From assembly GCF_018977255.1 (NCBI RefSeq), contig NW_024704743.1:98458001-98522000 (forward strand): 64,000 nucleotides of DNA. The letters run 5' to 3'. Below the pieces are notes generated by a model, which did no database searches, was not told the DNA's origin, and saw only the letters and a list, made by a program, of their open reading frames with translations. The translations under genes were made by a program, and so were the position numbers. The stretch comes from Callorhinchus milii (lineage: Eukaryota). Shown here in pieces: positions 1-10,265 of this stretch (positions within the stretch are counted from its first letter, which is position 1; each line of letters opens with the position of its first letter).

Positions 1-752
1 ATATTCAGTGTCCAATTCTCTCATCACAACAATGTTACTTTCCCAAAAAAACAGCTGCAGCTTTAAAGGAACATTAATGGACATAGTGTAAAATGGGAGT
101 GGGTTTTGCCGTTCATGGGACCAATAAATTCTAATTTATAAACCTCCAAGGTCAGGAGGTGTGCTGGTACCGAGGTTATATAAACACACAAGCAGGTAAT
201 GCATGCATTAAATATTCATTATGCCTAAATTTCTGGATTTACAATACTTCTTGCCTATTAATGCTCAATTGACACTGGGTATTTGTCTTTATTTGGTGGG
301 TAAATTGACGAAACAATCAGTAAAAAATCTAGTTTTGCCAGTAAACCATTTTCCAGAACTGAAGTATAAATGCGACTGGCGCAAATCAATTTGGCTTCTG
401 CTCAAATCTGGTCTGGTCTGAAGTATTGAACTGCCTAGGGACTTCAACTGTACTGTTATTAAAGAGCCAGTCGCACTCACTTAGTTGCACATGTGCAGAA
501 CTCTCTCAGGCAATGGAATTTCAGAACAGGAAGTATAAATCAGGCTTCTTGCTGCTAATTGCTTTGCTGCTGAAAGTAATACTAAATCATTCGTAGCGTT
601 ATAAACTGGGCACAGGGCTGTGTAAGATGCTATTAGTTAACATAACAAATAAGAAAACATCTGAAAAAGGTATATATCATCATGTTACAATTTGAACTCA
701 CAAGGTTTTCAATTGGCAAGCACCTTCTAACAGAGTATTTATTAAATTCTGG

Positions 753-1025
753 ATCATAGAACTATAAATATACAACACAGTAAAAGGCCATTTGGCCATT
801 TTTTCAGGTCAGCATTTGATCCTCCAAGAATCCATCTACCCCATTACCAATTACCTGCTCTTTCCCCGTATCCCCTAATCCCTTTCCTCTGGACACGCTG
901 GTCTATTTTTTTAAAAAAAACCCTAATCAACTCTGGTCTGACAGACTTCTCTGACAAATCATTCTACACTCTGACAACCCTCGGAGTGAATAAGTTCTTC
1001 CGAACCCCTCCTTTTATTCCCTAAG
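753..1025 (-). mobile_element. Old CR1-clade LINE 3' end fragment
   Basis: Begins ATCATAGAA...GGCCATTTGGCC, the reverse complement of the CR1 3' terminus seen at 52840-52890; heavily diverged. Confidence 0.55.
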
Positions 1026-1364
1026 TTCCAATATTGATTTCATGATCATGGGAGTAAAGGGGTAGCAAGAGCAGAAGAATTGTATGGTTACCCCACTTAC
1101 ATGATAAGAGTCACCATTAAAACCAATGGCAAAAGAAAATGCAGCTCGAACCTGCAGTGCATTCCTGCCTGAAAGGGAGAGAACTGCCAGTGGTGGTTCA
1201 GGTTGCTAGGGTGAGGAAGCACAATGTTTCAATGTGACAAAAATTGATTAGATTTTTTTTAGAAATATGTAAATCAAGCACTCCTACTCAACTTTGTCAA
1301 ATGTCTTGTAAATCCAGGGTAGAGTGATCACAGGGTCACCCAGGGTTTTCTGAAACACCCCTTA

Positions 1365-1790
1365 AAGGTTGTGGGTTCAAGCCCTACGCCGGGACTTGGA
1401 ATCACATTATCTAAGCTGACACTTTCGTGCAGCGCTGGTGGGGGGGAGGGATGCAATGTAGGAGGTGCTGTTCTTTGGATGAGATGTCTCAAATGCCTGT
1501 TCGGGTGGACCTTTTAAGATTCCAAGGTACTATTCGAAAAGGGAGTTTCTCCCAGTGTCTTGGTCAACAATCCCCAAAATAAAATTGATCACTAACTCCA
1601 TGGCTGTTTGTGGGACATTGCTGAGAGCAACGGGCTCAGGAACGTCCCACAAACAACCATGGAGTAAGTGAGCAATTGTTCACCCACAAAATACGCAGAC
1701 ATTTCACTTTACAGTATATCCTGTGAAGCGCTTTGAGACGCCTCGATGACGTGATAAGGCACATTATCAAATGCAAGAATTATTATTATT
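1365..1790 (+). mobile_element. tRNA-derived DeuSINE (SacSINE1-like) with L2-type tail
   Basis: B-box-like GGGTTCAAGCC, Deu-domain-like core (GGATGAGATG...GGGTGGAC...AAGATTCCAAGGTACTATTCGAA...GTCTTGGTCAA), tail AAGCGCTTTGAGACG...ATGCAAG(ATT)n. Family name from recall. Confidence 0.75.
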
Positions 1791-4009
1791 GAAGGAGAAA
1801 GAAATTAGATCTCTTGCATATTATTGGAGCAGATTAGAAGGAGCTTAATTCTGCATTGCACCATAACATGGAGTAAGTGTTGTTGAGGCTGAGTGCTCAA
1901 AATGGGAAAATGTAACATTTCCCAGGGCTGTACCAATTCACTTGAATGAATACAAAATTCACTTAAAAAAGGAACCATTTGGACATAGTTGAGGGACTTA
2001 ATGGTAAAAGTATCACCTAGTGTAACACAAAATCATACAGGCCAGATGCTTGGCAAATTGATTCCTGGTCTGTGTTGCGTAGCTGAACTCAACCAAGGCA
2101 ACAATACAATTCTACAATTGGCCTAAGTACCCCCAAGTGAAGTTTCAAAAAATGATAGCCTGCCAAATGTAAGAACTAAAAATAAGCAAAATAGTTTCAA
2201 ATCAATGTTGCTGAAAATTATATTTTTGGAAGGCATGAAAGATAATTCAGATGAGTTTACAGTGACAGGCTGTTTTAATTAAGACTTGGATCTATAAATG
2301 GAAAAATATACCGAATAGTATGAGACTCATGTTTGTTTTAGAAAATGTATTTGTTTGAATACACCCAAAGTTTGTGCATGGAACAAAACATGATTAATCA
2401 CTAAAATCCAACCAAGGAAAAATTGGTACAAGATATATATTTGTATTCTATTACTTATGAAATATAAACTGGAATTCATGTGAGTGTTACTTAAAAGCAA
2501 TAAATAAGAGCAACTTAATTATTAACTTCTGAAGCATAGTGTTATTTGGTTCAAATGCAAATTTTCTGAGAAAAAATATTTGCTTAAAAGCACATGATGT
2601 GCCAGTGATGCTGAGTGAAGAGATGTCTCAAATCTTGACCAGTAATTTATGGTAAGTAACCATTCTTGAATTGTTAGATGTCAGTAGCCATGGGAGGGAT
2701 GGCACTCAACTCATCATACACTTATTTCTGCAGTACTCAGCACAATACAGAATGCTTTTGATTTGATCAGAATGTACTATTTTTATTCTATGTTTAGATG
2801 CTACGTTAGTTCTATGATGTTTTGTGGATGTTGAATATAAAGTAATGGAGTCTCATCAATCACCAAAACCAACTCAACACTTTGACTCTGTTTTCCATTG
2901 GTGTTGTCAAGCAGATGATTGCTACTGATGATTTACATTTACTTTTAAAATCACATGCTAGAAAAAAGTTAGAATATTGAATATTGGCTGAAATTTGTTC
3001 TGACAATTAAAATGTTTGCTGACAGTAACAGATTGGTTTCCATGATTAATGCTTCCTTATTTGCCTGCAGCTAATGAAAGCATACCGAACAGAAAGTACA
3101 GGAGAAATGGTTAAACTGCATCGGGCAAGATGCCAAGAATCTTGGTTAAGAACAGGCCAATGCTTTGCAAAAAGTCATAAGAATAAAAAAAGAAAATTCC
3201 AAATTTACAAGTATTTGAATTGAGCCACATCTAACTTCTTCTTTGAGCTTCACAGCTATTCTTGGAACCAAAGGCAAAACGCTGACATGACATTAAGATA
3301 AATTAGTTAAATGTTAACCCAGCATCTTTTCCATTTGCTTTTGTAAAATATTTATCCTACTAAATCTACATAGCACTGTCCAGGTGAGCGCGTAGACGTT
3401 TTGTACAGCAGGAAATACAATAGTTAATTCATTGCTGGCTGATGAGAATTCAGCACTTAGTAATGAAGAATAATGAGAGTGATCGTTTTTTTACTGTGGA
3501 ATTTAGATCAATCTTACTTTCTATTCCAGGTGGTAGTGTACATAATTAAGAAGCAAAATAAATCTCTTTAGCTGGTGACAGCTGTGTATAACATTCTCAA
3601 TTATGAAATCCGAGCGGTTTGTAGTGGTATATAGTATTAAGTGTGAAGGGCGCCATAGAAATGCAAGTTGTTACATATTGCTGCTTATCTCCATTCCATT
3701 TTATTAAATATGGTTAACAGAATATCAGTTAGTAAGATTTACACCCAAGAGTAAAATAAATAACTATATCTGCTGTAACTAGGCTCTGTATTTTTCATAA
3801 GCAGCTGCAGGTTTATAAAACTCCAACTTAAGAGAAACATAGCCATCTTTCTCCATGTTGTACTGCACTATTCTTTCAAGAGCAGATCAGAAGTGATCTT
3901 CTCTCTAACGGCTATAAGGATAATGCAGGTGAAGTAGGATTTCGCAAATCTGATTCACAAAGTTCCAAATTGATATTGTGTTTGGAGTCAAAACACAAAG
4001 TCTATTATT

Positions 4010-4303
4010 TTGATGAGACGTTAAACAAAGGTCCCATTCACCTTTTCAGGTGAATGCTAAAGATCCCATGGAATTTTTAGAAAAAGAGAAAGGAATTTTT
4101 TCCTGGTGTACTGGTCAACAATTCCCCTTAATAAAATTGTTCATTCAATTCATGGCTATTTGTGGGAAATTCCCATGCGCAAATTGGCTAAATCACCTAT
4201 AAATACACAGTCATTACACTTTACAGTAATTCCTGTGACTGGCACTTTGAGATGTTTTGATGACATGATAAGGCAATATCAAATGTAAGAATTATTATTA
4301 ATA
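4010..4303 (+). mobile_element. 5'-truncated DeuSINE
   Basis: GATGAGACGTTAAACAAAGG...AAAGATCCCATGG...GTGTACTGGTCAA core and the same tail as 1365-1790. Confidence 0.75.
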
Positions 4304-5694
4304 ATGAAATTAGCAGTAACAGCACTAAATTGCCATCTCAGTCACACAACCCCCACAAAAATGACTTTGCTCGGAACACTAACATGTTTACATTCAACGG
4401 TGGCAGGTGGTTGCGGGTGGAATGCTGTTCTGAAGTGGATTTTAAGGCACTTTTGGTGGCAGCGCACTAGAAAGTTGTCATTTATGATGGCTTCAAAAGC
4501 AAATCCATTTTTTTGTCCTCAGTAATAAAATTCCTTAACTCAATAAAAGATAACAATTCGAAAAACCAATAATTTTCCTGTCTCACCAAACAAGACATAT
4601 CTTTTTTCAAATTAACATGACCTACTATGTGTACTTTTCAAAAAAAATTAAAATATATATATTTGTAAAAAGACAAATTAATTTCCTGTGAGTAAAATAG
4701 GGTCATCTGCAATTTCACACTCTTCATTTTTAAAACATCATATTGTTTTCAAGCCTACTGAGGGTGAAGAATAGAAATTCTACACTTTTTAAATGAAGAT
4801 GTTGCTCCTTTTAGTTAGCCAGTGTATGGTTTATCATTCCTATGGCAACCACAGCTCACATAAACAATTCTATCTGCACGCAGGACACGTGAGTGCTGTT
4901 AATACACTTCCCCAGACCTGTTCCTTCACTACAAAATTAACAGTTGATAATATGCCAAACATCGTGAAGAGGCAGAAAATTTGTTATTCTGTTGGATCTA
5001 TTTATGTTTGCCTACATTTTTATATTATCTTATATTTATAAAAAATAGCCAACACTATCAGTAACATGACTCATTATTGTATTGAAGAGTTGATAACGTA
5101 GCTATTAGTGTTAAATCTACCCAACAAAATATGCATTGTGGTACTAGTATTGAACAGAGACAGGAGCCAAATATTCTTCTGTTCTAAAAATAATACAGTA
5201 CTCATGTTTTCACAGCGTACATCAATTTCGGTAACATATAGTCTATGTTATGTCTCTTCACTCCATAGCTTCCGTCTCGATGAATGGCAGGAACACAGGA
5301 ATGAAGACTAGAGGTTAACAATGTTAGGGCACAAGCTGTGCATCTCTGAAAATGACTACTGTTGGGAATAATAGATTATGCTGGGAAGTATTAGCATGGA
5401 GACTTATTTTGTTAATACTGTATATATAACCTGAAAAAATGATGGAACACTAACAAATTGTGATCACTTCAACTTGAATTAATTCATCAGATATTCAACT
5501 TCTTCTTTGAGTATGAAGCCTCTTTCCTCTACTTTTCCCTTTACATGTCTTTTCCCACACCATGCACTTGTGTGGCAAAATGGGTGGTAGGTTCCCAGAT
5601 GATTGTTTACATTCCTCAACCAGTCTCATGGCACAAGAGTGAGCTTATGAGGGTACCTTGTCTGCTTTTAACAAACGGCAATGGCAAATTCATT

Positions 5695-6240
5695 GTTTAC
5701 AGGATCAAGAAGGCCCTTTGCCCATCTGACCTTAATCCCTCTGGAATACCCACCCTACTGTACGCCATCAATGCATCAAGATGCTTTTTAAATGAGTCTC
5801 GAGTCCTGGCCTCTACCACCTTTCCTGACAACATGTCCCAGTATGATTATCCTCTGTAAAAACTTCCTGGTATCTGTCCTGAAATTTCCCTTTACAACAA
5901 CAACCTAAGTCCCCTTGTTCTACTATCATGATACATCCTAAAGTATTGATCAGGGTCTACTTTTTCAATTCAAGTTAAAATTTTGTACATCTCTATGAGG
6001 TCTCCTCTTCGTTGTCTTCTCACAAGATTGAAGAGCCCTGGTTTGTCTAGTCATTGCTATAGATCATTCCTCTAACACTTGCTGCTCTCGCCTGCACTGG
6101 ATTGAGGCCCTGGGAAGCTCCTTTATGTCAAGTGACCAGAACTGCATGCAGTGTTCAACAACAACAACAAGATTCCATTTATAGAGTGCCTTTCACGTCG
6201 GGAGGACGTCCCAAGGCGTTCAAGGTGCACTGTCGTCCAG
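5695..6240 (-). mobile_element. Degraded CR1-clade LINE 3' fragment
   Basis: Minus strand encodes the CR1 ORF2 C-terminal motif (GLFNL.RRQRRGDLIE.YKI); interrupted by a 59-bp L2 insertion. Confidence 0.65.
6159..6217 (-). mobile_element. Ultra-short young L2 insertion (terminal stem-loop and tail only)
   Basis: Near-identical to the last ~60 nt of the L2 at 48271-49167; flanked by GTTCAA at 6153-6158 and 6218-6223. Confidence 0.85.
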
Positions 6241-8779
6241 GCCAATGCATTATTTTGTTTTATTATATATTTTTTTAAAAAATTAAAAAAATTAATTTCA
6301 TTTTAATTTAATTTTTTTAATTTTTTTAAATTTATTATTTTTAATTTTTTTTATATCCATAGACTGGATGGAGAGTTAATACATTTTAGTTGCAAATAAC
6401 ATAGCAGTTCTAAAATCCACACAAAGTTTAAATAGAAATTGAAATTACTGCCTTATACGTATCATTATTTAAAAATCTGCCTATAATCAATATTGTTGAA
6501 AGTTTACATATAATTTTTTTTAAAAAGCATTCTGTTCCTACTGGTGTATTGGGCTAACAATTTGATCAGAAACATAACAGAAGACATGTTCAATTTTCAA
6601 TCCAAGTTAAAATTTTATACACCTGTATGAGGTCCCCTCTTAGTTGTCTTCTCTCAAGATTGAAGACCCCTGGTTTTGTCTCGTCGTTGCCCATAGCACT
6701 GACTGACATTAAAAAGAAACTGTGTAATTGTCCAAGGTAGCATTTTAGGTATCCTAAATAGAAGATGGTCAAAACAGTTTGCTTCACAATATTCAACAGA
6801 TTAGTAAAATGATTTGTTAAAAAGCAAATCCTGCAGATACCAGAAGACGTCTTGCACAACTCTGCAGACTCCAGAATTCTGCTTGGACATGGAACTCTGT
6901 TCTGACTTCAGTGAAGGTGGATTGTGTCCAAAGCCATCTCCTTGAGTCTGTCAGGAGATTGGAGTCAACCCATCACACAAACTGACTGATTATGTATTAA
7001 TAATTAATAATTATTGAATTGTCTATGAGTACTTTAAAATATAAACAAACCTTTCTGATAACTGGCCCAGTCAGTTTATAATTTAGCATGATGGTCTGAA
7101 TGAATTTGAGCACATGGTATTCTTCAGTCAATTCCTATTAACTTCCAATTTATTTTCCATTTTTCTGTTAACCTCCACCTCATAACTGCATGAGTTTACA
7201 GAGATGACACACAGTTGAAATGACCGAAGATAATGATGGATCTCAAGTGTATGGTAAAAAAATTAGACTTGACCTCAGACAATACAAATTTACATTTATA
7301 TAACACATTTCACATTGGAAGAACGACCCTAAGTACTTAACAGTACTGGCTGGTAGTGGGTGGGAGCTGAAGGTAAAGAAAGGATGACCAAAAGTGTAAT
7401 CAAAGAAGTCGGTCTTAAGACAAACTTACAGACAGCTCAGATTCCTGCAGAATTTGCTTGTTACAAATCATTTCACGAAACTCACAAATTAGACCCACAG
7501 AGTAAGTTTGAGGTTTCTTTATGCTCAATTGAACAGTGAGGAATAAAATCTTCTAAAATATTTTACAAGGTGAAAACAACTTGTTCCTGTTATTCCGAAT
7601 CTGATTTTGTTCCTGGACAGTGTACCAGATTCTAAAGTGGGTTCAGGAAAAGAACAGGTCCGTACCAGACACGAGACACTGGTATCTAAAATGCATTCCA
7701 GCAACATAATCGCAAGCAAAAGGTCCTGACGTGTAAACAGTTTTGTTCTGGAAATCCGCTGTGTGGCATGAAGAGACTTGCTCCGATGAGATATGAGTTC
7801 AAGTTGAGGTCTTCAGACTGTGCGATGTACAGAGTATTCCCAGGAGAAAACACTGTTTGCGTGGAGGGCACCTTTGCAGGTAGCCACGGAGTAGTTAAAT
7901 TCCAAGAGCACAATGCCAATGTCTGGTCTTACCCTGTTACCAACCCTATTTTACCTGCATGATGGATTTGACAATTGTAGGGTCCAAGTAGCTCTTCACA
8001 ATATGAGATGTGTGTCTTTCACTAATTAAACTGTATTTGTTCCAGTGTTTTTATTGCTCTGCGTCATTATATATTTGCTGATTTTGCCACAATAACAACA
8101 AAAATTGCCTTTTTTAAATTTTGTTTTTGAAGGATGCACCAGTCGTCAAGTTTGAAGCAACGTGCTGGTGGTACTTAACAATTAACTTTGCACATTGATT
8201 ATAAACTATTTAAAGCAACTGGGTGACAGATATAATAAGAAGTGTTTTACAACTGGTGTTGGTTACATAAACTTAAAACAGCTGTTAGCTTTGTAATCTT
8301 CTGCCACAAGAATGTGCAATGTGTCACAACTGAACGTTGTTTAGGGTTTATCATTTATTAAAAATATTAACAACCTTTTCGATATCAACATAATCACTTT
8401 ATAATTTAACATGAAGGACTGAATGAATCTGAAGACATTATATGGTATTCTTGAGTCAATTATTGCTAGCTATTGTTATTGTTTTGTCTGTTGAGCCCCC
8501 ACTTACGAATTGCATGGGCTTACAGATGACACACAGTTGTAATTACCAAAGAAAATTAGGGGCTCAAAGTGTCTGGTAAATTGTTTACTTGGGTTTAGGA
8601 TCAAATAAAAAATTACATAGATTACCAAACAGGATACTTTTTGAAAAAACTGACTGCATTTTCAGGTCCCTCTCATTGTCCAGCTTGTCCATCGGCTTGT
8701 CAGAGACCACTCCACTAACAGTTTTTTCCTGGATGGTGTATGTCCTTTGGAACTCTAATATTCTCTTCCCTAAATCACA

Positions 8780-9950
8780 GCATAGAAATTTGCAGCACAG
8801 AAGGCCATTCACATCTGTTATGGCTCTTTGAAAGCAATCTATTCAGTACCACTTACCCTTTCTTTTTCCTGCCTTTCCCCATCCATACTTCAGGCAAACT
8901 ATTCCTTTTTAGCTAGCAACTAGTTGCTCTATGGATGCTGCTTAAGTACAGCACTGGGTAGGGTATTTCACGTCCTAACAACCCACGGTGTAAAAAAAAA
9001 GTTCCTCACAATCTCCCCTGGTATTATCCAAGTACATCACCTATGCAAAGAGAGAGAGAGAGAAAAGTACTGCATGTCCTTTATCTATTCCCTCAGTTAT
9101 TTTTATCAAATAACAACCCGTATGGCTTCTGGTTATCTTTCTTGCTCTTCCCCCTCAGCTCAGACTATATGAAGAGCTTCAGTGCAGACTGTAGGGGACA
9201 TTCATTCTCTCTCTATTCCGAAAAACAACCATATACTGTACTCCACTCTCGGTTTCCTACCCTTTAACCAACTTTCTATCCATGCTGCCATCTTTCCTTT
9301 TCTAAACTAATTTAATTTATGTGGCACCTTATCAAAAATCTTCTGAAAATCCACATCCACAGCTTGTCCTTTATCTATTCTCTCGGTTATTTCATCAAAT
9401 AACAAAACCATACTGGTTTATGGTTTCCTTTCCTGCACTCACTCCTCAGCTCCCCCACCACCAGCAGCTCAGACTCTCAGACAGCTATGTGAAAAGCTTC
9501 AAGACATCCTCGCAACCTGACAGGTGCTATATAAATGTAAATTATTCTTGTCGTCTATTTTTGAACAGAGGTTAACAACCCTCCATTTTCGGTCACTACT
9601 TTCGTATACAAGGATATTCAAAAGATTGTAGTCAGAGCATCTACTATTTCCTCCTCGATTTGCCTCAGCATTCAGAATCATAACACCAGGCCCTGCTGAT
9701 TTCTCCACTTTAAGTTCCATCAATTTTTTATAATAGCACTTTCTTTTCTATCGTTATTCCTTCTAAATGCTGCATACCTTTTCGTTCATGTTCAATTTCT
9801 CAATATCACACACTGCTGTAAAAATTGAGGCAAAATATTCATTCTGTATCTCTGCTAGAACTTAATTTTTCATGACAAGATTTCCTTTTTTGTCTCTAAT
9901 TGGCCTCAACTTTTCATATCTATTCTTTTGCTTTTTGTAGAACCTCTTGG
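8780..9950 (-). mobile_element. Old, internally deleted CR1 LINE
   Basis: CR1 3' end at 8780-9015; DFQKIFDKVPH near 9320-9355; ORF 9499-9723 LKVEKSAGPG...KWRVVN resembles the CR1 LKxDKSPGPDG...DWRxANV motif. Confidence 0.65.
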
Positions 9951-10265
9951 TACCCTACCACCCCAGCCTCTCCCTCAGCTTAGCAGTATCCCAACGCACA
10001 CTCTGGGGTCCCCAAGCCTTGATCCTCTCCAACCTCTGCGATAATAGTTTTTTGAAATTTGTTAAGTAGGGTACATCCCTCCAGGGAGAGTGAGTGTGTT
10101 CATTCCATTCCAGACACAGGAAAATTTCCATGCGTAAGTGACATAACATAACGTAACTCAGTCTGGTTTGGATACCATTAAGGATAGTGATGCGTTTCAG
10201 CATGAATCAAATACCCAACTGACCAAAAAGTTTCTGCCAGCGGCTCCAACAAGCAATGCCAAAGT

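Noticed and set aside
6255..6355. A/T-only quasi-palindromic stretch
   Set aside because: Low-complexity sequence; self-complementarity is trivial.
7525..7962. Overlapping short ORFs in moderately GC-rich unique DNA (also 16347-16781, 33580-33900 and 38430-38800)
   Set aside because: No recognisable domain, and no convincing splice-site pair around an open frame.
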